The position numbers were made by a program, and so were the translations under genes. From contig NZ_CP074694.1 in NCBI RefSeq assembly GCF_018398935.1, positions 5,910,001-5,942,000 on the forward strand: a stretch of 32,000 bases of DNA, given 5' to 3'. The notes beneath the pieces are model-generated. The model saw only the letters and a list, made by a program, of their open reading frames with translations. It was not told the DNA's origin and did not search any database. The stretch is from Telmatocola sphagniphila. Its GTDB lineage: Bacteria; Planctomycetota; Planctomycetia; Gemmatales; Gemmataceae. Positions within the stretch are counted from its first letter, which is position 1, and the number at the start of each line of letters is the position of its first letter. This document shows positions 1-8,829 of this stretch, piece after piece.

Positions 1-127
1 CTTTGTAGCGCACCCAATCTCCTTCTTTGGCACCGGCAAAAGGAGATTCTTCCTCCGCCCAGCGGCCCATCGCCGAGGTGCTGAAGCCGGCGAATAAAAC
101 CAGCAGCATCGAAAATTTCTTCAACAT
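1..127 (-). CDS. hypothetical secreted protein, N-terminal fragment (gene runs off the left edge)
   Basis: Not in the ORF track (<60 aa). The reverse complement of 1-127 starts with ATG (125-127) and reads MLKKFSMLLVLFAGFSTSAMGRWAEEESPFAGAKEGDWVRYK.. with no stop. The N-terminus is hydrophobic and signal-peptide-like. A GAGGGA Shine-Dalgarno-like motif (complement of 132-137) lies 4 nt upstream. Confidence 0.45.
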   Translation of the reverse strand, partial: MLKKFSMLLVLFAGFSTSAMGRWAEEESPFAGAKEGDWVRYK

Positions 128-217
128 CGGTTCCCTCGAATGGTTCGAGATAAAAGAGACGCGACGAGGCAGTCCTGATATCACCCGATGTCGAATATCG
201 GGGTGAAGGAAATTATC

Positions 218-1282
218 TCAAATCAAGCCGTGGTGAGCCAGATAGCGTTCCGCATCGAGTGCGGCCATGCAACCCGTACCCGCCGCGCTGATGGCCTGAC
301 GGTAGTAATCGTCGGCCACGTCACCGGCCGCGAATACCCCTTCGACATTGGTGTAAGTGCGGGCAACCGTCGTCCACTGGATGTAACCCTGCGGATTGAG
401 GGTGATCTGGCCGTCGAGAAAGCCGGTATTCGGGGTATGACCGATGGCCAGGAACAGCCCGGAGCAGGCGTAATCTTCCAGGGCATTAGTTTGAACGTTT
501 TTGATGCGGATGGCCGTTACACCGTTCTTATCGTCCCCGAGAACTTCCTCGAGAACGCTGTGATAACGGATTTTGATTTTGGGATTGTCGAAGGCTCGCT
601 TCTGCATGATCTTGGAAGCCCGCAGGACATCCCGGCGAATCAGCATGGTGACTTCTGAAGCGAATTTAGTCAGATAATTTGCTTCTTCCACGGCGGTGTC
701 GCCTCCACCGACAACCAACAGTGGCTTATTTCGGAAGCGGGGCAGGGCGCCGTCGCAAACCGCACAGGCCGAAACGCCGCGATTTTTGAAGCGGTCTTCG
801 GAGGGCAAGCCCAGGTAATTGGCCCGGGCTCCGGTGGCGATGATTACGCTTTGGGCTTCATAAACCTGATCGTCGTGCGTGGTCAATTTGAACGGTCGCT
901 TGCTGAAGTCGACTTTCACAACGTCCTTGGATTCAATGCGAGTTCCAAAATTCTTGGCCTGTTGCCGCATCAGTTCCATGAGTTCCGGCCCGTTAATGCC
1001 GTGGCTGGGTTGAGGCTTGTTCGCCTGGACCCAGTAGGGCAGAGCTTCTTCGGGCAGGGCCGACTTCAGATAGGCGCGAGTATCGCCGTTCGGGAAGCCG
1101 GGGTAATTCTCGACCTCCAAGGTCAGACTGAGTTGACCGAGGGGAATCGTACCTTGTTGCCGATTTTTCTCACTGGTTCCGTCCCCTTCCAGCACCAGGG
1201 GGTTCAAGTTCGCGCGAGCGGTATAAATGGCAGCCGCCCAACCGGCGGGGCCGCTACCGATAATAATGACGTTCTCTGGCAT
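218..1282 (-). CDS. trxB: thioredoxin reductase (low-Mr, NADPH-dependent) with lineage-specific insertions
   Basis: 354-aa ORF. It has the N-terminal FAD motif IIGSGPAG, the redox-active disulfide [10 protein letters not shown], the NADPH motif [12 protein letters not shown], and the C-terminal [30 protein letters not shown]. It is collinear with E. coli TrxB as I recall it. Confidence 0.95.
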   Translation of the reverse strand: MPENVIIIGSGPAGWAAAIYTARANLNPLVLEGDGTSEKNRQQGTIPLGQLSLTLEVENYPGFPNGDTRAYLKSALPEEALPYWVQANKPQPSHGINGPELMELMRQQAKNFGTRIESKDVVKVDFSKRPFKLTTHDDQVYEAQSVIIATGARANYLGLPSEDRFKNRGVSACAVCDGALPRFRNKPLLVVGGGDTAVEEANYLTKFASEVTMLIRRDVLRASKIMQKRAFDNPKIKIRYHSVLEEVLGDDKNGVTAIRIKNVQTNALEDYACSGLFLAIGHTPNTGFLDGQITLNPQGYIQWTTVARTYTNVEGVFAAGDVADDYYRQAISAAGTGCMAALDAERYLAHHGLI

Positions 1283-1484
1283 ATGCTCCGTTCCTTTCCT
1301 TTTCAGAAAGATAGTTTAGCAGCCGAAGGAATCTTACGTGAGCTTTTCGGTGGAAATTCGACTATGATAATTAGATAGTTGTGTAACCTCGCCGGTCCTT
1401 CGATCATCGAAGACCTTATCGGAACTCTTCCAAGGATGACTCTGGGCAGCCCAAGCGCTGCCCGAACAGAAAAGAGAAGTCGTT

Positions 1485-3107
1485 ATGCAGACAATTGCTC
1501 GTTCCGCTAATATCGCTCGCGGGGTTTCGATCTCGCTGGCGCTTTTGATCCTCCTGGGTCTGGGTTATGTATCGTTTTACAAATTTCTGACCCCTGCTAG
1601 CACCCTGGCGGCTTATGCGGAAGCAGGTGCCCCGCGTGCGGCCACCAATGCTCCGGAACTCGAGGGCGGGGTGGCCTGGTTGAATACCGGCAAACCGATC
1701 AAAATCGCCGATCTGAAAGGTAAGATCGTCCTGCTCGATTTCTGGACGCTCTGCTGCATCAATTGCATCCACACTCTTCCCGATCTGGCCAAGTTAGAGA
1801 AGAAATATGCGAACGAACTGGTCGTGATCGGCGTGCATTCCGCCAAGTTCGAAAATGAAAAAAATAGCGAAAGTATCCGCAAGGCTCTCCTGCGCTACGA
1901 AATCAAGCATCCGGTCGTGAACGATGCCAACATGCAGATCTGGAAAGCGTACGATGTGCATTCCTGGCCGACGCTGGTGCTGATCGATCCGGAAGGGAAG
2001 CTGATTGCCACCGGATCGGGCGAAGGGCTCTATGACGCCGTCGATAAGAAAGTGGCCGAGCTCATCAAGATTCACAAGGAAAACAAGACTTTGAACGAAA
2101 AGCCGATGCGATTCGACACCGCGGCGTTTCGGGACAAGATCGATTCACCCTTGTATTTCCCGGGTAAGATTCTGGTCGATGCCCCGAGCAAGCGGATCTT
2201 CATCTCGGACAGCACCAATCATCGGGTTGTGATTACGGATCTGAACGGACAGAAAATCGCGATTGCGGGTACGGGAACCCCCGGCCTCAAGGATGGGACT
2301 TTCGCCGAAGCGCAATTCGACGATCCGCAGGGGCTGGCACTCAAGGGTGATAAGCTTTATGTGGCCGATCGCCGAAATCACTGCATTCGCGAACTCGATT
2401 TGAAGGCTCAGACGGTAAAAATTATCGCCGGAACGGGTCAGCAGGATCGGGATCGGGCGGAAGGTGGCCCGGCCTTGAAGCACGGCCTGAATAGTCCGTG
2501 GGATTTGCTTATCCGAGACAATATCCTATTTATCGCCATGGCGGGTCACCATCAGATCTGGGCCTTGGATCTCGATAAGATGGTGCTCGACAACTACGCC
2601 GGGGATGGCCGGGAGAATATCAAGGATGGTCTGCTCTCCCAAGCACGCTTTGCACAGCCAAGCGGTCTGGCTTCGGATGGTAAAGATTTGTTTGTGGCCG
2701 ATTGCGAAGTCAGTGCCGTGAGACGGGTGCCGCTTGTGGCAAATGGGCGAGTCGAGACTCTCGTGGGCACCGGACTCTTCGATTTCGGGGACCAGGATGG
2801 CCAAGGTAAGGAAGCGCTTTTGCAGCACGCGATTGGTTTAGCTTACGCTGATGGCAAGGTTTATGTGGCCGACACTTACAACAGCAAGATCAAAACGATA
2901 GACCTGGCCAGCGGCAAAGTATCGACTTTCGTGGGGGGCAAGGGCTCCGGGGACTTCAATGAACCCTGTGGTCTGAGCATTGCAGAGGGAAATCTGTATG
3001 TGGCCGATACCAATGCTCATCGGATTCGGATTGTCGATCTGAAGACCAAGGCGATTAAGACGCTGGAACTGAAGGGTGTTGAGCCGGTCAAAGTCAGTTC
3101 TAAGTAA
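1485..3107 (+). CDS. exported thioredoxin-like (TlpA-type CxxC) domain fused to an NHL-repeat beta-propeller (NHLRC2-like)
   Basis: 540-aa ORF. An N-terminal membrane anchor or signal (ISLALLILLGLGYVSFY) is followed by a thioredoxin fold with FWTLCCINCIHTLP (CxxC). About six NHL-type blades follow (e.g. PQGLALKGDKLYVADRRNHCIRELD, PSGLASDGKDLFVADCEVSAVRRV, PCGLSIAEGNLYVADTNAHRIRIVD). Confidence 0.9.
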   Translation: MQTIARSANIARGVSISLALLILLGLGYVSFYKFLTPASTLAAYAEAGAPRAATNAPELEGGVAWLNTGKPIKIADLKGKIVLLDFWTLCCINCIHTLPDLAKLEKKYANELVVIGVHSAKFENEKNSESIRKALLRYEIKHPVVNDANMQIWKAYDVHSWPTLVLIDPEGKLIATGSGEGLYDAVDKKVAELIKIHKENKTLNEKPMRFDTAAFRDKIDSPLYFPGKILVDAPSKRIFISDSTNHRVVITDLNGQKIAIAGTGTPGLKDGTFAEAQFDDPQGLALKGDKLYVADRRNHCIRELDLKAQTVKIIAGTGQQDRDRAEGGPALKHGLNSPWDLLIRDNILFIAMAGHHQIWALDLDKMVLDNYAGDGRENIKDGLLSQARFAQPSGLASDGKDLFVADCEVSAVRRVPLVANGRVETLVGTGLFDFGDQDGQGKEALLQHAIGLAYADGKVYVADTYNSKIKTIDLASGKVSTFVGGKGSGDFNEPCGLSIAEGNLYVADTNAHRIRIVDLKTKAIKTLELKGVEPVKVSSK

Positions 3108-3131
3108 GTTACATCTCTTCCATCTGAAATT

Positions 3132-3155
3132 CGCTGGTGATGCCTCTCACCAGCG
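3132..3155 (+). terminator. hairpin downstream of the Trx-NHL gene (possible terminator, no U-tract)
   Basis: CGCTGGTGA (3132-3140) and TCACCAGCG (3147-3155) are perfect reverse complements with a 6-nt loop. The hairpin lies 25 nt after the stop codon. The following sequence is not T-rich, so intrinsic-terminator status is uncertain. Confidence 0.3.
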
Positions 3156-3493
3156 ATTGCCTCTTCCGTCTGTAGATGAAAACTGCATTTCTTCGTCTTC
3201 TCGCATAATCCCTCTACTAAGATCCCGAGAACGAAACTTTGGAGGAATAGGATTTGCAATTATCCTGGTATAGGTTTAGCAGAACCCCAACCTTCTCTTA
3301 TTGGAGAGACAGCAAGAACTCAGACAACGAAGTCGAAATAATTGCTGAGTTGGGGAATCGGCTCGTGCCCTAGGAAGTTAAATATCAAGGGACAGAAATT
3401 ACAGGCAGAAAAATCCCGGAAAAAGCAGCTATGTAGAGGTAAGTGTCTTGGAAGCACTTGGGCAGAGCCCGTACTCAAAACTTCTCGCTTCTT

Positions 3494-5257
3494 TTACTTC
3501 GGCACCATCAGCGTGAACGGGTAGACATAAGCCTGCAGCATCGTCATCAAGCCGACGATTGAGCCCAGAATGATCGAGTGCCAGATGACCTTCTTGAAAA
3601 TGTCGGCCTCTTTTCCCAATTGATGCGTCCCGGCGGTCGCCACGCAGATGCTCTGAGCGTCGATCATTTTGCCCATCACGCCCCCGGTGCTGTTGGCCGT
3701 GGAAATTAAAATTTCGGCCTGGGGCAGAGTCAGATGGGTAAAGACATTGGTTTTGAACAATTCGTCGGCCGTGATCTTCTGAAGGCTGCCAAACAAGGCA
3801 TTGCTGCCGGCATCCGTCCCGGTTAGGAACACGCCCAGCCAGCCGAGCATGGCCGCAAAGTAAGGGTAGAGCCAGCCGGTTCGGGCAAATGCCACACCTA
3901 AGGTTGCATCCATCCCCGCATATTTCGTCACATAACTTAAGCCGAGCATGCAGGCGATCGTCGGAATCGGGATCTTCATCTGCTCGCAGGTTTTCCAGAA
4001 GACCGCCTTGCCTTGCCTCCAGTTCATTCGCAACAGTAACATCGAGACGACCGCCGCCATGAACACTGGCGTACCCGCGGCCGACAGCCAAATGAATTTG
4101 AAGATCGCCGCTTCTTTTTCCGGTTCCGCCAGACCGGGCTTCTGGAGCCGGGCCGCCCGTTCGACTTCCCGGTGCAGGGTGGGAATTTCGATTTCATACA
4201 CCGTTTTGAACGGTATCACCTGTCCGGCGATTTCGAAATTCGCGATGGTGGTCTTCTTCTGGTTCTCCAACACCCGAATCTGTGAATTAAAAATCAGAAA
4301 TAATGCCATGATGACAAACGGCATCCAGGCTTTGCTGATCTGGGCCATGGTCAAAGGCTTCAAATGGCTTCCTTCGGCGAACTGCGAGGAGCCCTCGAAA
4401 TGCCATTCTTTTTTCGGCTTCCAGAGCTTCAGAAAAATGATCAAACTGACGAGTGAGCCAATGCTGGCTCCCACATCGGTAATCGGCCAGACGATCAGGC
4501 CTGGGATGTAACGGTGAATCGTCCCGAAGCCGAACTGAAAAATTGCAAAGGATCCCCCTCCAACCACTAAAGCCGGCCAGACGGCCAGTGTCTCACGCCA
4601 GCTGCACATCACTTTCACCATGTAGCAGGGCACTAGGAACGAAAGAAAGGGAAGCTGATGGGCAGCCATGACGCTAATCAAATCCCCGGGGATGTCGGTC
4701 ACCCCCGCCAGCGTGATGATGGGAGTTGCCACACCCCCGTACGCAACCGGGGAAGTGTTGGCGATCAGGCAGATGACCGCCGCGGTCAGGGCTGGAAATC
4801 CCAATCCGACCAGCATGGCCCCGCAGACGGCTACCGGAGCGCCCGACCCGGCCGAGCCTTCGAGGAAAGCCCCGAAACAAAAGCCGATCAGTACTGCCTG
4901 GATCCGGCCATCGCTCGATAATCCGGCGACGGATCGGCGAACATTCTCAAACTGGCCGCTTTCGACCGTCACGTTGTACAGGAGCATGGCGTTAAAAACG
5001 GTCCAACAGATCGGAAGCAGGCCGTATCCTATGCCATGGACGCACGACCAGCAGGTCATATCCAAGGGCATTTTGTACACGCTCCACGCGATCAGGATGG
5101 CGACCAGAGCTCCCGACAACCCGGCCAGAGAGGCCCGCCAACGTCGGACCACCAGCAAATAAAAGAGTACGAGAACGGGAAGCGCGGCGACAATCGTCGA
5201 GAAAAAGGGACTATTTAAGGGATCGAGATTTTGGATGTATCTGACGGCTAGAAGCAT
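3494..5257 (-). CDS. lctP: L-lactate permease family transporter (LctP/LldP)
   Basis: 587-aa polytopic membrane ORF. The N-terminus (..LNSPFFSTIVAALPVLVLFYLLVV..) and motifs such as GFCFGAFLEGSAGSGAPVA and LGWLGVFLTGTDAGSNALFG match my recollection of the lactate permease family. Confidence 0.88.
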   Translation of the reverse strand: MLLAVRYIQNLDPLNSPFFSTIVAALPVLVLFYLLVVRRWRASLAGLSGALVAILIAWSVYKMPLDMTCWSCVHGIGYGLLPICWTVFNAMLLYNVTVESGQFENVRRSVAGLSSDGRIQAVLIGFCFGAFLEGSAGSGAPVAVCGAMLVGLGFPALTAAVICLIANTSPVAYGGVATPIITLAGVTDIPGDLISVMAAHQLPFLSFLVPCYMVKVMCSWRETLAVWPALVVGGGSFAIFQFGFGTIHRYIPGLIVWPITDVGASIGSLVSLIIFLKLWKPKKEWHFEGSSQFAEGSHLKPLTMAQISKAWMPFVIMALFLIFNSQIRVLENQKKTTIANFEIAGQVIPFKTVYEIEIPTLHREVERAARLQKPGLAEPEKEAAIFKFIWLSAAGTPVFMAAVVSMLLLRMNWRQGKAVFWKTCEQMKIPIPTIACMLGLSYVTKYAGMDATLGVAFARTGWLYPYFAAMLGWLGVFLTGTDAGSNALFGSLQKITADELFKTNVFTHLTLPQAEILISTANSTGGVMGKMIDAQSICVATAGTHQLGKEADIFKKVIWHSIILGSIVGLMTMLQAYVYPFTLMVPK

Positions 5258-5525
5258 GAGAGAGGAATCCTTCGGTCGGTAGGAAAAGTGATGCTAAACC
5301 GGAAGAGTGAGAAATGCAAGCCATAACGTGCGTTCTCAGAAGAGAATCTGCGGCCCGTTGGGGTGGTGAGGATAGTCCCGAGCGGCATAATCGGCGCGGT
5401 CGGAATTATGAATTTGGTATCTTCCCCAAAATAAAGCGCTTGATTTCATTCACCAATTCGTCATATTTTTTAGATAGCCTTAATTTCGTTTTCCCTCCTT
5501 GTCTTTCCACAGTCGGGAATTGAGA

Positions 5526-6530
5526 ATGCGATCCATTTTTTTTGCCAGTGCCATCTCCTTTATCTGGTCTAGTGCCGCCTTCGGAGGGGATAATCAGAAA
5601 ATCGATATTCCGGAACCCCCCCCGGCTGTGCGTAAACTCAAAGCGGAAAGCCTCGAAGATCTGCGAGAAATCTCCAAGCAAACCAAGCTGGTCGTCGACA
5701 AAGTCGCTCCGACCGTCGTGGGGATCTTCAACGCGGGTTCCGCTGGATCGGGTGTCATCGTCAGCAAAGATGGTATCGTTCTCACCGCCGGTCACGTCTC
5801 GGGCGAGCCCGGTAAGATGATGGAAGTCGTTCTCACGGATGGAAGACGATTAAAAGCGAAGTCCCTGGGTAGAAATACCCCTATCGATAGTGGTATGATT
5901 AAAATAACGACTGATGGGGAGTATCCCTTTGCCAAGCTGGCGAAGCAATCCGATATGAAGGAAGGGGATTGGGTGATCGCCCTCGGCCACCCCGGCGGAT
6001 TCAAGGAAGGTCGTTCGCCAGTCGTTCGTGTGGGTAAGCTGTCCTCGATCATTTCGGATCGCGACGGAAGCATTACCGCCTTGCGTACCGATTGCACTTT
6101 GGTCGGCGGAGATTCAGGAGGTCCTCTATTCGATATGCAGGGTCGGGTGATCGGCATTCATAGTCGAATCAATCAGGAAATCACGACCAATATCCATGTC
6201 CCGATCGGAACCTATCGCGAAACGTGGGCTAGACTTCTCAAAGGCGCTGATATCGGACAGGTCTGGTTCGGAGTGAGCCAGGCGGATGATTCCAGCGATT
6301 GTAAACTCGGTCGAATTACCGAGAAGTCCCCCGCGGAGAAGGCGGGGTTGAAAGAGGGGGATGTGATCCTGAAATTCGATAATCAACTCGTCAGCACGTA
6401 CAAGGAAATGCGCAACATTTTGAATGAAAAAGATGCCGGTGATGAAGTTGAAGTCGAGATTCGGCGGGGCGACAAGACTATGACTTTAAAGGTCACTCTG
6501 GCAAAAAAAACCGATAAGGAGCGTCGCTAG
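5526..6530 (+). CDS. periplasmic trypsin-like serine protease with C-terminal PDZ domain (HtrA/DegP-like, catalytic triad intact)
   Basis: The ORF track starts at a TTG (5499). I prefer the ATG at 5526, which gives the signal peptide MRSIFFASAISFIWSSAAFG. The triad contexts are present: His in GIVLTAGHV, Asp in DSGMIKI, Ser in GGDSGGPLFD. The PDZ carboxylate-binding region is ..SPAEKAGLKEGDVILKFDN... Confidence 0.87.
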   Translation: MRSIFFASAISFIWSSAAFGGDNQKIDIPEPPPAVRKLKAESLEDLREISKQTKLVVDKVAPTVVGIFNAGSAGSGVIVSKDGIVLTAGHVSGEPGKMMEVVLTDGRRLKAKSLGRNTPIDSGMIKITTDGEYPFAKLAKQSDMKEGDWVIALGHPGGFKEGRSPVVRVGKLSSIISDRDGSITALRTDCTLVGGDSGGPLFDMQGRVIGIHSRINQEITTNIHVPIGTYRETWARLLKGADIGQVWFGVSQADDSSDCKLGRITEKSPAEKAGLKEGDVILKFDNQLVSTYKEMRNILNEKDAGDEVEVEIRRGDKTMTLKVTLAKKTDKERR

Positions 6531-6615
6531 CAGGCTGAAATTCCTCTCCGTTTTCTCCGCTACAGTCAAATAGTCGCCCAAATCAGATTCACAATTCATT
6601 AGAGCGAGTTAGCCA

Positions 6616-7923
6616 ATGAAATTCGGATTAAATATCAAATCTCTGGGGGCCGCGGTCCTGATTATGGGCTTACAGCCCACTGTGGCCCATGCACAAGGGC
6701 TTCAAGGCTCCACCAAACTTTCCAGCGTCAACGTCGATCTGGTCTCGAGCGTCCTGACGAAAGTCAAGAAATCAGTCGTTAAGGTCAAATCCAACGATGA
6801 GTTCACCTGCATGGGAACCGTCATTGAGTCGGATGGCTACATCCTGACTAAAGCCAGCGAACTCCGCGGGGACAAGATCTCCTGCGAGCTTCCGGATGGT
6901 CGAGTTCCAACGGCGAAAATTGTTGCCAAGAATGAAGTCTTCGACCTGGCTTTGCTGAAAATCGATGTCGATGACTTAATTCCGGTCGAATGGACGCTCA
7001 GCAATAGTGCCGGGTTGGGCAGCTGGGTGGCTTCAGTGGGGCCGGATAAGAAGGCGGCAGCCGTCGGCGTTGTCAGCGTGGCCGCTCGAGATATCAAACT
7101 GACCGATCTCGATCAGGTCCCCGCCGTACGGGCCGCGGGCGGATATATGGGAATTTTACCGGCGGAGAATCCGGAGGGTCCGGGTGTTCTCGTTCAGAGC
7201 TACGGGAACGAAAAGAATGGTCCGGCTGAGAAAGCCGGTCTGAAAATCGACGATGTGATCGTAGCCATCAACGGGAAGCCGGTGACAAAAGTTCTCGAGT
7301 TTCGCGAGACGGTGGCTAATTACAACCCGAATGATGTCATCACTTTGAAAGTCAAACGCAGTTCCGAAGAACTAGATATTCAGGTGAAGCTGGGCAAGCG
7401 GCCTCCTATCGCGGATCGGAGCGATTTCCAGAATCGAATGGGTTCGACGCTCAGCGATCGACGAACCGGGTTCCCGAATATCCTTCAGCACGACTCCGTC
7501 ATCAAGCCGAGCGACTGTGGTGCTCCATTGGTCGATCTCGACGGTCACGTCCTCGGTATTAACATCGCGCGCGCCGGACGTACAGAAAGCTACGCGATCC
7601 CTTCGGAAACCTTGCTTCCGCTCTTACCCGGTCTGCTGGCGGGCAAAACGGTGACCCGGCAGCTCAGCATTTTCGCGGTGCTTCCTTCAGAGGCAGATCT
7701 GCGCAAGCAAATCAAAGAAAGCGAAGACAATCTTCGGGAATTGCAGAGAAGTTTGGCGATCAAGCGTCAGGCGCTGGCTCAAATCGAACGCGACAAATCC
7801 GACTTGAAGAAGCGCATGGAAGAAGCCAAACGAGTCAAGGCGATGGAAAAGCTCGAGGAGATTCCCAAGCCCAGCGAGGTCAAAACACCTGCTGAGAAGA
7901 AGCCCGAAGAGAAGAAAAAGTAG
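6616..7923 (+). CDS. HtrA-like protease homologue with PDZ inserted within the protease fold, substituted catalytic residues and a C-terminal coiled-coil/KE-rich tail
   Basis: 435-aa ORF with a signal peptide (..LQPTVAHAQG). It has DGYILTKASEL where HtrA proteins have GYILTNNHVV. DLALLKI (the Asp context) is retained. The PDZ (PAEKAGLKIDDVIVAINGKPV) lies between the 'VGVVSVAARD' strand and 'ILQHDSVIKPSDCGAPLVDLDGHVLGINIA' (compare IQTDAAINPGNSGGPL). The tail is ..KRMEEAKRVKAMEKLEE..KKPEEKKK. Confidence 0.82.
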   Translation: MKFGLNIKSLGAAVLIMGLQPTVAHAQGLQGSTKLSSVNVDLVSSVLTKVKKSVVKVKSNDEFTCMGTVIESDGYILTKASELRGDKISCELPDGRVPTAKIVAKNEVFDLALLKIDVDDLIPVEWTLSNSAGLGSWVASVGPDKKAAAVGVVSVAARDIKLTDLDQVPAVRAAGGYMGILPAENPEGPGVLVQSYGNEKNGPAEKAGLKIDDVIVAINGKPVTKVLEFRETVANYNPNDVITLKVKRSSEELDIQVKLGKRPPIADRSDFQNRMGSTLSDRRTGFPNILQHDSVIKPSDCGAPLVDLDGHVLGINIARAGRTESYAIPSETLLPLLPGLLAGKTVTRQLSIFAVLPSEADLRKQIKESEDNLRELQRSLAIKRQALAQIERDKSDLKKRMEEAKRVKAMEKLEEIPKPSEVKTPAEKKPEEKKK

Positions 7924-7952
7924 TTGACGTCTGAAGTTGTGGATGGAAATTC

Positions 7953-7988
7953 CCCTCCGTAAGCTCTCCAACGGATGCTTACGGAGGG
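7953..7988. terminator. 12-bp perfect hairpin between convergent genes (candidate bidirectional terminator)
   Basis: CCCTCCGTAAGC (7953-7964) and GCTTACGGAGGG (7977-7988) are perfect reverse complements with a 12-nt loop. The hairpin sits in the 71-bp gap between the stop of the + strand protease-like gene (7923) and the stop of the - strand GNAT gene (7995). Confidence 0.55.
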
Positions 7989-7994
7989 TCAGGT

Positions 7995-8528
7995 TCAGCT
8001 CTCTTCGTACTGGGCCACGCGATTGGCGAGATCTTCGCTATCGAGCCCTTCATCTTCACCTAGACAAAACTGCATCAGGTAAGCGTCTTCGCCCGAATCT
8101 TCGTAGTAATTCCTCAGCAAACGAACGGCTTTGAAACTCATATCCCGGTAGAAAACCTGAGCCAGGATATTCGTCTCCCGTACCGCCAGCGTGATCTTAG
8201 TTCGGCGGTGGCTCGAAAGCTTCCCGACGAGTTTAGCGATCATCTGACGGCCGATGCCCAACCGGCGAAATTCCGGATGCACCGCGAAATTCAGAATGTG
8301 CAGTTTGTTCTTATGCAGTTCGTAGATCATGAATCCCACAACCCGTTCGCCCTGCTCGGCGACCATGCCGATACAGTTGCGTTGACGCAGGCAGCGGAGA
8401 AACTCTTCTTCGGTCCAGGCATAATCGAAACTATTCTGTTCCGTCTGTAAAACCTCGGGCATATCCCGCCGGATCATCCAGCGAATATGCACGCGAAGCT
8501 GTTCCTTTTGCAACCGACCCGTGCTCAT
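7995..8528 (-). CDS. GNAT family N-acetyltransferase (RimI-like)
   Basis: The acetyl-CoA binding core is ..LHILNFAVHPEFRRLGIGRQMIAKLV.. (Q/RxxGxG/A motif), with a typical RimI-like layout (MIRRDMPEVLQTEQNSFDYAWTEEEF..). The ORF extends upstream to 8705, but the first 59 codons are Arg/Gly-rich and non-domain. I chose the ATG at 8526-8528 (MSTGRLQKEQ..). The start is uncertain. Confidence 0.78.
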   Translation of the reverse strand: MSTGRLQKEQLRVHIRWMIRRDMPEVLQTEQNSFDYAWTEEEFLRCLRQRNCIGMVAEQGERVVGFMIYELHKNKLHILNFAVHPEFRRLGIGRQMIAKLVGKLSSHRRTKITLAVRETNILAQVFYRDMSFKAVRLLRNYYEDSGEDAYLMQFCLGEDEGLDSEDLANRVAQYEES

Positions 8529-8829
8529 GAAGGATCCCTCCCCCTCGTCTCCCGACCTCGCGAACAGTGCCGCTCGGTCGAACGCCCTTCCTGTACTGGT
8601 TCGGTTCGTCTGCTTCATCCGGTATCGCTCGCTTCCTTGTTTATGGGAAAGACCTGGTTGTCTTTCCCGCCCTGGATCGAGGGGCCGCTTCCGGCGTCGG
8701 TCCACAAGGTCGGCGAATAATACCAGTGAAAGCGCATTATCTCAAGATCATTCCCATGGACTTTGGGATACGAACCGAACTCGCTCCTGATTTTTAAAGC
8801 GGCAAGAGCCACCGCTAGCCCCAGCGATC

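Noticed and set aside
181-206. Imperfect hairpin TCACCCGAT..ATCGGGGTGA overlapping nothing but lying just downstream of the trxB stop. A similar 9-bp hairpin, GGGAAAGAC/GTCTTTCCC, lies at 8645-8668.
   Set aside because: Neither is followed by a U-tract on the relevant strand. The first has a bulge, and the second may lie inside the GNAT ORF if the long start is real. That is not enough to call terminators.
5536-5543. Homopolymer tracts as phase-variation switches: T8 at 5536-5543 (codons 4-6 of the HtrA-like gene), A8 at about 6503-6510 and T8 at about 15879-15886.
   Set aside because: Eight nucleotides is short for efficient slipped-strand switching. The A8 is 7 codons from the stop and the third tract is intergenic. 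I see no supporting evidence of variability from a single sequence.
8745-8815. tRNA-like T-loop resemblance on the minus strand (GGTTCGTATCC), and a second GGTTCGAGG string at about 26275-26290.
   Set aside because: I could not build an acceptor stem, anticodon stem or a properly paired T-stem around either site (the TTCGG/CCCAA stem has a C-C mismatch). These are most likely chance matches, and I call no tRNA in this window.
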